From positions 144,328 through 208,327 of the forward strand of contig JADBJK010000011.1 of the NCBI GenBank assembly GCA_014874485.1: a DNA stretch of 64,000 bases, in the 5' to 3' direction. Origin of the DNA: Chloroflexota bacterium (GTDB lineage: Bacteria > Chloroflexota > Anaerolineae > DTLA01). The position numbers were made by a program, and so were the translations under genes. This document shows, one piece after another, positions 1 to 8,763 of this stretch (the first letter of the stretch is position 1; every line of letters starts with the position of its first letter). The notes beneath the pieces were generated by a model, which saw only the letters and a program-made list of their open reading frames with translations, did not search any database and was not told the DNA's origin.

Positions 1-2400
1 TGGCGCGGTCTGGACGACCACCCGTTTGAACTGCGTTGGCGCGGGCCGGGCGGCGACGAGGTCCTGCTCATCTACCTGCGCGGCGGCTACGGCAACGCGG
101 CCCACCTCCCCGCGGGCGACCCCGACGCGTTCGCCGCCGCTGTGGAGGCGCTTGTCGCGGACATGGCCGCCCACTCCCACAGTGGCTGTCTGCCCCTGAT
201 GAACGGCACCGACCACATGGAGCCGCATCCGGGCCTGCCCGCCGCCATCCGCCACACATCCGCGCGCCTTCCGTCGGCGGAGATGCGCCACAGCACCCTG
301 TCCGCCTACATCCAGGCCGTGCGCGAGGCCCTCGGCCCGTCGGGGGTTGACGCGCTCCCCGTCGTGGAGGGCGAACTCCGCTCGTGCAAGGTGCAGCACC
401 TCCTGCCGGGCGTCCTGTCGGCCCGCATGTGGATCAAGCAGCGCAACGCCGCCGTCCAAACCCTGCTGGAGCGATGGACGGAGCCCTGGGCGGCCTTCGC
501 CGAGCACCTGGCGCAGCAGGGACACGTGCCACCCACGCCCCTCACACCGACCCGCGAAATCGTGCGCCGCGCCTGGCGCTACCTGCTGGAGAACCAGCCC
601 CACGACTCCATCTGCGGGTGCAGCGTGGATCAGGTGCACCGCGAGATGCGCACCCGCTACGACTGGGCCGAGCAAATCGCCGAGACGGTGGCGCAGCAAA
701 GCCTGGACGCCATCGCCCACGCCGTTGCGGCCTCGGGCGGGTCGCCCGCGCTGGTCGTCTTCAACCCGCTGGTCTCCCCCCGCACCGACGTGCTGGAGGC
801 CACGCTGGAACTGCCCCAGAGCCTGGAGGAATTCGCCATCACGGACGAGCGGGGTGGGCGCCTGCCCTGCCAGGTTCTGGAGCGCACGCAAGAGGAGTAC
901 TTCGCGGGCACCTTTGCGCGGGAGGAGTTGTTGCTGGTGGCGGCGGCCGTGCAGGACGGCAAGGTGCAGGACAGGCCCATCCGCGAGGTGTTCCTGCGCC
1001 GCGACGGCGAGCGGGCACGAGTGGACGTAACGCTGGGCGAAAGCGGTGCGCCCGACCCCGCCGTCCTGCAGAACTGGGCGTCGCTGTCGCAGAGCCTGAT
1101 GGACGACGAGTCCGTGCGCGAGGTGGAAGTCCGCGTGCGGAGTCCGCTGCGGTGCCGCGTGGCCCTGGCCGCGTCGGACGTGCCGGGCTTCGGCTACCGC
1201 GTGTTTGCGGTGCAAGCGGCCTCGCCCACGCCGATCAACGGCCCAGTGCGGGCGTCAGCCCTGCGCCTGGAGAACGAGTTCCTCGTCGTGGAGGTAGAGC
1301 CGCGCGACGGAACCCTGTCCATCCTACACAGGCCGACGGGCATGCGCCTCGCCGGGGTCAACCGATTCGTGGACGGCGGCGACCGCGGCGACGAGTACAA
1401 CTACTGCCCGCCCGAGCGCGATACCCTCGTGGACGCCCCGTGCGAGAAGCCCGTCATCCGGCTGGTGGAGACCGGCCCCGCGCGCGCCACGCTGGAGATA
1501 GACCTGCTGTACCGCGTGCCGGAATCCCTGTCGCCCGACCGTGCATCCCGCTCGCCCCATCACGTCGTCATTCCCATCACGACGCGGGTCTCGCTGGCCG
1601 CCGGCGTGCCGCGCTGCGACATCCAGACCACCCTCGTCAACGCCGCCCGCGACCACCGCTTGCGCGTCCTCGTGCCAACGCCGATTCAAACCGACCACTC
1701 GCTGGCCGAAGGGCACTACGACGTGGTGCGCCGCAGCCTGACGCTGCCCGCCGACACTGCCGACTGGATTGAGCAGCCCCAGCCCACCTTCCCCCAGCGC
1801 GCTTTCTGCGACGTGAACGACGGCGAGCGGGGCGTCATAGTGGCGGTGCGCGGCCTCCCCGAAGCCGAGGTCATCCCGAGCGACGGCGGCGCGACCATCG
1901 CCGTAACGCTCCTGCGCTGCGTCGGCTGGCTGTCGCGCGACGACCTGGCCACGCGCAAGTGGGGCGCCGGCCCTGGCAGGCCCACGCCCGAAGCCCAGGA
2001 ACTCGGTGAGCACACGTGCCACTATGCCATCATCCCCCACGCGGGCGGATGGGAGCAAGCCTTCCGCCACGCCCACGCCTTTGAGACACCCATGCGGGCG
2101 GTGCAGGTGGCGGCGGGCGGCTCGCTCCCCGCTGCGGCCTCGTTCCTGGCTGTGCAGCCCGACTCGCTCGTCGTTACGGCGGTCAAGGTCCCCGAAGAGG
2201 GCGATGGCCTCATCGTGCGCGTGTGCAACTACGCGGCGCGCGCCGTGGACGCCGAACTGACGTTCGCCTGGCCCATCCGCCGTGCCGAGCGCGTCAATCT
2301 CGCAGAGGAGCCGCTGGCTCCTCTGGCCGTTGTGGGCGGCCGCACCGTGCGCTTCCCTTGCGGGCCGTGGGGAACGGCGACGGTGCGGGTGGAGGCGTAG
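1..2400 (+). CDS. GH38 alpha-mannosidase-like glycoside hydrolase (5'-truncated by window edge)
   Basis: Frame open from base 1 (WRGLDDHPFELRWRGPGG..). GH38 motifs LMNGTDH, ENQPHDSICGCSVDQVH, GDRGDEYNY, TLLRCVGWLSRDDL. Confidence 0.9.
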   Translation, partial: WRGLDDHPFELRWRGPGGDEVLLIYLRGGYGNAAHLPAGDPDAFAAAVEALVADMAAHSHSGCLPLMNGTDHMEPHPGLPAAIRHTSARLPSAEMRHSTLSAYIQAVREALGPSGVDALPVVEGELRSCKVQHLLPGVLSARMWIKQRNAAVQTLLERWTEPWAAFAEHLAQQGHVPPTPLTPTREIVRRAWRYLLENQPHDSICGCSVDQVHREMRTRYDWAEQIAETVAQQSLDAIAHAVAASGGSPALVVFNPLVSPRTDVLEATLELPQSLEEFAITDERGGRLPCQVLERTQEEYFAGTFAREELLLVAAAVQDGKVQDRPIREVFLRRDGERARVDVTLGESGAPDPAVLQNWASLSQSLMDDESVREVEVRVRSPLRCRVALAASDVPGFGYRVFAVQAASPTPINGPVRASALRLENEFLVVEVEPRDGTLSILHRPTGMRLAGVNRFVDGGDRGDEYNYCPPERDTLVDAPCEKPVIRLVETGPARATLEIDLLYRVPESLSPDRASRSPHHVVIPITTRVSLAAGVPRCDIQTTLVNAARDHRLRVLVPTPIQTDHSLAEGHYDVVRRSLTLPADTADWIEQPQPTFPQRAFCDVNDGERGVIVAVRGLPEAEVIPSDGGATIAVTLLRCVGWLSRDDLATRKWGAGPGRPTPEAQELGEHTCHYAIIPHAGGWEQAFRHAHAFETPMRAVQVAAGGSLPAAASFLAVQPDSLVVTAVKVPEEGDGLIVRVCNYAARAVDAELTFAWPIRRAERVNLAEEPLAPLAVVGGRTVRFPCGPWGTATVRVEA

Positions 2401-2544
2401 TGCCGTGCTGCGGGCGTGAACCTGCGACGCGCCCGCGCGGCACTGGCCGAGCTGGCACCTGCAACGCGCCTCGGAGGTGCGTCGCAGGTTTGACCCCTCA
2501 CCCTAGCCCTCTCCCGCGCGGGCGAGGGAACGCGCACGCCGCGC

Positions 2545-3125
2545 CCCGCCCGAGGCTGAAGCCCTCGGGCTGGGGGTTGTAGGGACGCAGCATGCTGCGT
2601 TCCTACACACGGCGGGGGTTCAGCCCCGCGCGGCCACGCCCCGCCCGAGGCTGAAGCCATCGGGCTAAAGGAGCAAAGCCCTTCGGGCTGCCTATGGGGC
2701 CCAACATGCTACCCCCAGCCCCAACGGGGCTTCGCCCTTTCAGCGCGGGGGTTCAGCCCCGCGCGGCCACGCGGCGGCCCGAGGCTGAAGCCGTCGGGCT
2801 AAAGGAGCAAAGCCCTTCGGGCTGCCTATGGGGCCCAACATGCTACCCCCAGCCCCGCAGGGGCTTCGCCCCTTTCAGCGCGGGGGTTCAGCCCCGCGCG
2901 GCTTTCGCGCCCTTCGCGCTCCAAACCCCCACGCGCCCCCAGCCCCAACGGGGCTTCGCCCTTTCAGCGCGGGGATTCAGCCCCGCGCGGCCACACCCCG
3001 CCCGAGGCTGAAGCCGTCGGGCTAAAGGAGCAAAGCCCTTCGGGCTGCCTATGGGGCCCAACATGCTACCCCCAGCCCCGCAGGGGCTTTGCCCTTTCAG
3101 CGCGGGGGTTCAGCCCCGCGCAGCC
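2545..3125. repeat. Array of REP-like palindromic repeats (GGGCTGAAGCCC / GGGGGTTCAGCCCC family)
   Basis: Several near-identical ~130-bp units 'gaggctgaagccgtcgggctaaaggagcaaagcccttcgggctg...gggggttcagccccgcg' between convergent genes. A further partial copy lies at ~16210-16300. Confidence 0.9.
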
Positions 3126-3161
3126 ACGCCCCTGCGACGCCCCGCGCAGCCCCTCACCCGC

Positions 3162-4427
3162 CTAATCCCGCTTGAAGCGGCTGTAGTCCGGGCGCTCCAG
3201 GCCGGCCGCCCAGCCGTTCTCCATGTCCAGCAGCGCCTTCACCTTCATCGGCAGGCCGAACAGGTTGATGAAACCCTGGGCGTCGCTTTGGTCGTACACG
3301 TCATCCTTGCCGAAGGTGGCGAAGTCCTCGCGGTACAGGCTAAACGGCGACTTGCGCCCGACCACCGTACACGAGCCTTTGTACAGTTTGACCCGCACGG
3401 TGCCCGTAACGCGCTCCTGCGTCTTGTCCACGAAGGCGTCCAGCGCCTCGCGCAGGGGCGTGAACCACTGGCCGTAGTACACCAGTTCGGCGTAGCGATG
3501 CGCGACCAGTTCCTTGTAGTGCAGCGTCTCGCGGTCCAGGCAAATCTGCTCCAGCCCCTGGTGCGCCGCGTACAGGATTGTGCCGCCGGGCGTCTCGTAC
3601 ACACCCCGCGACTTCATCCCCACCAGGCGGTTCTCCACCAGGTCCACGCGGCCCACGCCGTGCGCCCCGCCGATGTCGTTCAGCCGCTCCAGAATCTGCA
3701 CCGGCCCCAGCGCCTCGCCGTCCAGCGCCACCGGATACCCGCGCTCAAACTTCAGCGTGAGGTACTGGGGCGTATCGGGGGCCGCCTCGGGCGCGACCGT
3801 GAGCATGAACATGGACTCCTCAGGCTCGGCCCAGGGATCTTCCAGCACGCCCCCCTCGTGGCTAATGTGCCAGAGGTTGCGGTCGCGGCTGTAGATGGAC
3901 TTCTCGGTAACGGCCACGGGCACGTTGTGGGCGCGGGCGTAGGCCAGGGCGTCCTCGCGCGACCGAATCTCCCACTCGCGCCACGGGGCGATGACCTTCA
4001 GGTGCGGGTTCAGCGCCTTGACCGACAGTTCAAACCGCACCTGGTCGTTGCCCTTGCCCGTGCAGCCGTGAGCCACGGCGTCGGCCCCCTCCTGCTCGGC
4101 CACCTTCACCAGATGCTTGGCGGTAACGGGCCGGGCAAACGACGTCCCCAGCAGGTACAGCCGCTCGTAGATGGCGCCCGCGCGCATGGTGCGGAAGGCG
4201 TATTCCATCAGGAACTCCTCGCGCAGGTCCATGATGTACGCCTTGCTGGCCCCGCTCGCCAGCGCCTTCTGCTCCAGGCCAGCCAGTTCGTCGGCCCCCT
4301 GCCCCAGGTCGGCGGTGAAGGTGATCACCTCGCAGCCGTAGTTCTCCTTGAGCCAGGGCACGATGCAGGACGTGTCCAGCCCTCCCGAATACGCCAGAAC
4401 CACTTTGTTGACCTTGCCTTTCTTCAT
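3162..4427 (-). CDS. argG: Argininosuccinate synthase
   Basis: [53 protein letters not shown]. Confidence 0.98.
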   Translation of the reverse strand: MKKGKVNKVVLAYSGGLDTSCIVPWLKENYGCEVITFTADLGQGADELAGLEQKALASGASKAYIMDLREEFLMEYAFRTMRAGAIYERLYLLGTSFARPVTAKHLVKVAEQEGADAVAHGCTGKGNDQVRFELSVKALNPHLKVIAPWREWEIRSREDALAYARAHNVPVAVTEKSIYSRDRNLWHISHEGGVLEDPWAEPEESMFMLTVAPEAAPDTPQYLTLKFERGYPVALDGEALGPVQILERLNDIGGAHGVGRVDLVENRLVGMKSRGVYETPGGTILYAAHQGLEQICLDRETLHYKELVAHRYAELVYYGQWFTPLREALDAFVDKTQERVTGTVRVKLYKGSCTVVGRKSPFSLYREDFATFGKDDVYDQSDAQGFINLFGLPMKVKALLDMENGWAAGLERPDYSRFKRD

Positions 4428-4504
4428 CTCCCATCCTCCTCATGGTGTGATCTCTTGGGTCTCTCTGGGTACGCAAAAGCGCGACGGGCATCTCCCATCG
4501 CGCC

Positions 4505-4540
4505 AAACAGAAAGGCCAGCCCCCTGTCTGGAGGCTGGCC
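4505..4540 (-). terminator. Intrinsic terminator (attenuator) in argG leader
   Basis: Minus strand GGCCAGCCTC-CAGACAG-GGGGCTGGCC followed by TTTCTGTTT. Confidence 0.85.
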
Positions 4541-4568
4541 GTATATCCCTATCGCAAGGCGAACGGAA

Positions 4569-4643
4569 CTATCCAGACGCGGGGTCTGACCTTTCGTCCG
4601 TTCGTCGTCGGGTTTCGGATGTGGGCATCGTGCCGATGTTCAT
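4569..4643 (-). CDS. Putative Arg-sensing leader peptide MNIGTMPTSETRRRTDERSDPASG
   Basis: 24-codon ORF with CGA-CGA-CGA (4602-4610) and AGG, located between the promoter and the terminator upstream of argG. Confidence 0.7.
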   Translation of the reverse strand: MNIGTMPTSETRRRTDERSDPASG

Positions 4644-4672
4644 GCGAGCGCGTCCATCGGATAGGTTGCCTA

Positions 4673-4701
4673 ACTCTACACCGAAAGGCGGGGATTGTCA
4701 A
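4673..4701 (-). promoter_or_regulatory. Sigma70-type promoter of argG leader
   Basis: TTGACA-17 nt-TAGAGT. Confidence 0.8.
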
Positions 4702-4870
4702 TTTTGCGCCCGTCCCGCGCGGAATGCGCCCGCCGCTCTGCTCGTTGCAACCCCTCTGCGGTCTCCGCGGTCTCGGCGGTGGACTTGTACTCCGCGCCCT
4801 TGACACTCGCGCCAACCGTCGTCCGCCAGCCGATTCGCAAGCCGTAGCGCGCCGCCTGGCCCCACCGCTT

Positions 4871-4899
4871 TTGACGCCCCTGCCCTGCTGTGGTATACT
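4871..4899 (+). promoter_or_regulatory. Sigma70-type promoter of tRNA-Lys
   Basis: TTGACG-17 nt-TATACT with extended TG. Confidence 0.8.
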
Positions 4900-4907
4900 G
4901 AAGGCGT

Positions 4908-4981
4908 GGGCCGTTAGCTCAGCATGGCAGAGCACCTGCCTTTTAAGCAGGGTGTCGCGCGTTCGAGTCGCGCACGGCTCA
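4908..4981 (+). tRNA. tRNA-Lys(UUU)
   Basis: Acceptor GGGCCGT/ACGGCTC, anticodon stem CCTGC/GCAGG with loop CT-TTT-AA, T-loop GTTCGAGTC. CCA not fully encoded. Confidence 0.95.
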
Positions 4982-4999
4982 CCTTTTTGTTCCCCAAAT

Positions 5000-5054
5000 C
5001 TTCATCAGACCTTCAGCCCCCCTTCATAATCCCTTCACACTCCTGTGGTATCCT
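5000..5054 (+). promoter_or_regulatory. Four CTTCA direct repeats at 11-bp period plus extended -10
   Basis: CTTCA at 5000, 5011, 5022, 5033; TGgTATCCT at 5046-5054. Confidence 0.6.
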
Positions 5055-5125
5055 GTCCGCGGAACGGTGAGAGAAACAGACACCTTCCCAAATCAGACAG
5101 AACACGCAAACAGGAGGATTTCAGC

Positions 5126-5563
5126 ATGAAACGGACAGTAGTGATCGGTGTAGCGGTTGTGCTGGCGCTCACGCTGGCGATGGTCATCGCGACGGCGGCC
5201 TTCGCCCAGGGACCCGCAGGGACCCGCGACGGCGTCCGCGATTTCTCAGGCAACGGCAACGGCCACGCCTACGGGTTTGTGGATGCCAACGGCGATGGCG
5301 TGTGCGACAACGCCGGCCAGGGCAACGGCCACGCGTGGGGCTTCGTGGATGAGAACGGCGATGGCGTGAACGACCGCTTCGTGGACGCCGACGGCGATGG
5401 GGTTTGCGACAACGCGGGCCAGGGCGGCATGGGCTACGGGCGCGCGGCTCACAGCGGCTCCAACGGCCAGGGCGCGGGCATGGCTCGGCGCGGCCACGGG
5501 ATGCGCGGCGCGAACTTCGTGGACGCCAACGGCGACGGCATCTGCGACCTGTTGCAGCAGTAG
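5126..5563 (+). CDS. Small secreted protein with four D-x-N/D-G-D-G Ca-binding-like repeats
   Basis: AGGAGG RBS; signal peptide ending AFA-Q; FVDANGDGVCD-type repeats x4. Confidence 0.8.
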   Translation: MKRTVVIGVAVVLALTLAMVIATAAFAQGPAGTRDGVRDFSGNGNGHAYGFVDANGDGVCDNAGQGNGHAWGFVDENGDGVNDRFVDADGDGVCDNAGQGGMGYGRAAHSGSNGQGAGMARRGHGMRGANFVDANGDGICDLLQQ

Positions 5564-5589
5564 AATCCCTTACAACTGAATACCGCCCA

Positions 5590-5625
5590 GGCGGCGAGAG
5601 AAGGTTTCTCGCCGCCTTTTCTTTT
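5590..5625 (+). terminator. Intrinsic terminator
   Basis: GGCGGCGAGA-GAAGGT-TTCTCGCCGCC followed by TTTTCTTTT. Confidence 0.8.
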
Positions 5626-5746
5626 GCACGCGAGACCCCGCTGATGTACAATAGGGTAGGGTCTTGCGCACGCTGCACCTCTCCATGCCTCGCTTGCGTT
5701 TTCAGCAAGGGCACGCGCATCGCGCTGATCAGCACGCACCGTATCT

Positions 5747-7030
5747 GTGCACACGAGGATTCACGACGTGGAACCGGCCAACACGACTTACGCGAATCGC
5801 ACCAACCTGCTCGCATCGCTGCTGCTTGCAGTGGTCGCCGTGGGCATCACACTCCTGGCCCTTCAGCGGCCCTTCGCGTCGCCCGGCTCGCCGCACCCGC
5901 CCACCCCAACCCCAACGCCGACCGCCACGCCCACGCCGACCATGACGCCGACGCCCACGGCCACACCGACGCCCACGCCCACGCCGACCCGCACCCCCAC
6001 GCCCACTCCCACGGCGACGCCGACTCGCACCCCTACGCCCAGCCCGGTGCCGCCGGGCGTCCGCGCCTCCATGCTGGACACCCACACCATCGTCGCCTTC
6101 TACGGCCGGGCCTTCTCGCCCCACGAGCGCATGGACAAGGTCGCCATCCTGGGCAGGCTAGGCTACTACGACAACTTTGACCACTTCTACACCGAGGTCA
6201 TCTCCTACTGCGCCGAGGTGGACGCCGCCAACGGCGACCTGGGCGTGATTCCCGCCATGGACATCATCTTCCAACTGGCGTCGGGAACCAAAGAGAACGG
6301 CGGGGGTACCTACCTCATCAGCGTGCAGGAATACCTGGACGCTACCGGAGGGGGCTCGTTTGAGGAAGATTATGTAAAGCCCGCCGCCGAGAAGGGCGTG
6401 CTCGTGTTCCTGGACAACCAGTTGGGCCTGTCATCGGTGTTGAGCCAGGCCGAGGCCATGCTCCCCTACCTGGAGAAGTACGACAACGTCCACTTCTTCT
6501 TTGACCCCGAGTTCCACGTCTATCCGGAGCAGTACGAGTCGGGCGAGGTAACCATCCCCGGCAGGCCGCTGCCCGGGCGCATTGACGCTGCCGATGTCAA
6601 CGCCGCACTGCGGCGCATCCACCAGTTCATGCAGGAGAAGGGCATCCACCGCGAGGTCATCGTGGGCCTGCACCAGTTTGAGGACCTCAACGTGCCCACC
6701 GATACGCGCACCATGATCGTGGACAAGGCCGACATCGTGATTCCACCCGGCATCACCCTTGTCTTTGACGCCGACGGCTTCAGCCCATCCGAGAACAGCC
6801 AGGAGATCAAACTGTCCAAGTACCGAGGCATCACGGACCCCAAGGCGTACCCGTTCTTCGGCAAGGGCGGCGGCGCGTATCCTGCCATCAAGATTTTCCC
6901 GCCGAACGACTACGTCAGCGTAACGCGCTACGACTATGCCCCGCTGACGCCTCGCCACCTGTTCGGCCTGGAGCCGATCTCCAACGGGCGCTACTTCAGC
7001 CCGCCCCCGGCGCTGATCATCCTCAACTAA
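5747..7030 (+). CDS. Membrane-anchored extracellular protein with Pro-Thr linker and uncharacterised (possibly TIM-barrel) domain
   Basis: N-terminal TM helix, (PT)n linker, motifs VAFYG, FFDPEF, LHQF, DADGF. Start uncertain. Confidence 0.7.
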   Translation: MHTRIHDVEPANTTYANRTNLLASLLLAVVAVGITLLALQRPFASPGSPHPPTPTPTPTATPTPTMTPTPTATPTPTPTPTRTPTPTPTATPTRTPTPSPVPPGVRASMLDTHTIVAFYGRAFSPHERMDKVAILGRLGYYDNFDHFYTEVISYCAEVDAANGDLGVIPAMDIIFQLASGTKENGGGTYLISVQEYLDATGGGSFEEDYVKPAAEKGVLVFLDNQLGLSSVLSQAEAMLPYLEKYDNVHFFFDPEFHVYPEQYESGEVTIPGRPLPGRIDAADVNAALRRIHQFMQEKGIHREVIVGLHQFEDLNVPTDTRTMIVDKADIVIPPGITLVFDADGFSPSENSQEIKLSKYRGITDPKAYPFFGKGGGAYPAIKIFPPNDYVSVTRYDYAPLTPRHLFGLEPISNGRYFSPPPALIILN

Positions 7031-7056
7031 CCCTGGCAAGGCCACAGGACAGGATT

Positions 7057-7270
7057 CACCGCCGAGACGCAGAGACCGCAAAGGATTTGCACCGCAGAGA
7101 GCACAGAGAACGCAGAGAATTCAAAGAGAACCCTCTGCGCCCTCCGCGTCTCTGCGGTGAACTCAGGAGCCACAGCCGAACGAAGGGCCAAAGATTTGCA
7201 CCGCAGAGAGCACAGAGAACGCAGAGAATTCAAAGAGAACCCTCTGCGCCCTCCGCGTCTCTGCGGCGAG
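7057..7270. repeat. CACCGCAGAG...CTCTGCGGTG palindromic repeats, ~109-bp tandem duplication
   Basis: Inverted-repeat units; same family at ~4750, 14220, 16340, 26041, 27875, 29265. Confidence 0.85.
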
Positions 7271-7371
7271 AATCCCTTGCGCAAGAGCAGTGCGGTGCAG
7301 TGCTCGTGCGTGGCAAAGCAAAAGCGGCGGGAGTTCCCGCCGCTTTTTGTATCCATGGTCCGGGCAGAGGA

Positions 7372-8037
7372 CTATTCCTCGGCCTCTTCCTCTTCCTTCT
7401 TGCCCTTCTTGATGACTTCCACCTCGCCAGGCTCCACCGGCGCGGCCTCGGCTTCCACCACTTCCTCGGCCACCGGGCTGACGGTCGCCACCAGGTCCTC
7501 AGGATCGTCCAGCACCTGAATCCCCGCGGGCAGCACCAGGTCCTTCACGTAGATGGCATCGTCAAACGTCTGGAGCGTGCTCACATCCACCGTAATATGG
7601 GGCACCAGGTCCTTGGGCAGGCACTCCACCTCCACCTCTTCCTTCTGCTGAAGGAGAACGCCCTGGAACTTCTGGAGCACGGGCGGTTCGCCTTCCAGTA
7701 CCAGGGGAATGTGGACGCGGATGGTCTCCGTCATCACGACGGCGTAGAAGTCCACATGCGTTATGGCCTGGGTCAGGAAGTTGCGCTGCTGGTCGCGCAC
7801 AAGGACGGTGAGCGGCTCCTTCTGGCCCGCGATGTGCAGGGAGATCAGGGTGGACTCGCCCGCCTTGCTCAGGGCCGCCTCCAGCGGGCGGCGCGGAATC
7901 TGAACGGGGATGGGCGCGGTCGCCTTGCCGTACACGACTGCCGGCACCAGCCCCTGGCGGCGCAGTTGGTTCACCTGCTTCCCCTTGATGGTTCGGGGTT
8001 CTGCTTCCAAAATGAGTTGATCCATATATGCCAACAC
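7372..8037 (-). CDS. rplY: 50S ribosomal protein L25 / Ctc
   Basis: LRRQGLVPAVVYG, THVDFYAV, acidic tail. Start may be MDQLIL at 8025. Confidence 0.95.
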   Translation of the reverse strand: MLAYMDQLILEAEPRTIKGKQVNQLRRQGLVPAVVYGKATAPIPVQIPRRPLEAALSKAGESTLISLHIAGQKEPLTVLVRDQQRNFLTQAITHVDFYAVVMTETIRVHIPLVLEGEPPVLQKFQGVLLQQKEEVEVECLPKDLVPHITVDVSTLQTFDDAIYVKDLVLPAGIQVLDDPEDLVATVSPVAEEVVEAEAAPVEPGEVEVIKKGKKEEEEAEE

Positions 8038-8107
8038 TCCTTCCCAAATTGCAGAAGCGCATTATATGCGCAATGGCGCGAGGCGTCAAAAATCGTTCGC
8101 CGCCGCC

Positions 8108-8763
8108 CAGCACTTTACCGCAGGTTTTCCTCATGGCGCGTCATGGCGAGGGCGGATAGCGCCCGAAGCAATCCCGCCAGCCTGTCATTCTGAGGCGCGC
8201 AGCGCCGAAGAATCTCGTCAACCCGGATGCTTCGCTTCGCTCAGCATGACAGATGACACTGTCATTCTGAGCGGCGAAGCCGCGAAGAATCTCCGAGCGC
8301 GAGATTGCTTCGCTTCGCTCGCAATGACACGTACCAAATGTCATTGCGAGGGCGCGCAGCGCCCGTAGGGACAATTCATGAATTGTCCCTACTGAGGCGC
8401 GCAGCGCCGAAGAATCTCGTCAACCCGGATGCTTCGCTTCGCTCAGCATGACAGATGACACTGTCATTCTGAGCGGCGAAGCCGCGAAGAATCTCCGAGC
8501 GCGAGATTGCTTCGCTTCGCTCGCAATGACACGTACCAAATGTCATTGCGAGGGCGCGCAGCGCCCGTAGGGACAATTCATGAATTGTCCCTACTGAGGC
8601 GCGCAGCGCCGAAGAATCTCGTCAACCCGGATGCTTCGCTTCGCTCAGCATGACAGATGACACTGTCATTCTGAGCGGCGAAGCCGCGAAGAATCTCGTC
8701 AACCAGATTGCCTCGCTCCGCCCGCAATGACGACGGACAATTTCCTCTGCGTTCAACCCCTAG
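8108..8763. mobile_element. MITE-like composite element with 202-bp tandem units of TGTCATT..AATGACA palindromes
   Basis: Conserved element termini; internal 28-bp perfect palindromes at 8365 and 8567; ends at CTAG containing the DegV stop. Confidence 0.75.

Noticed and set aside
5900..6045. Hexamer-like DNA repeats (also 11580-11700, 57775-57860, 58315-58380)
   Set aside because: Explained by Pro-Thr linker coding with varied synonymous codons.
4908..7030. Genomic island integrated at tRNA-Lys
   Set aside because: No integrase, no duplicated tRNA 3' end seen, and downstream genes follow host codon and site-avoidance patterns.
8066..8576. ORFs such as MSLRALRALAMT.. / CHAERSEAS
   Set aside because: They are translations of palindromic repeats and recur at every repeat locus.
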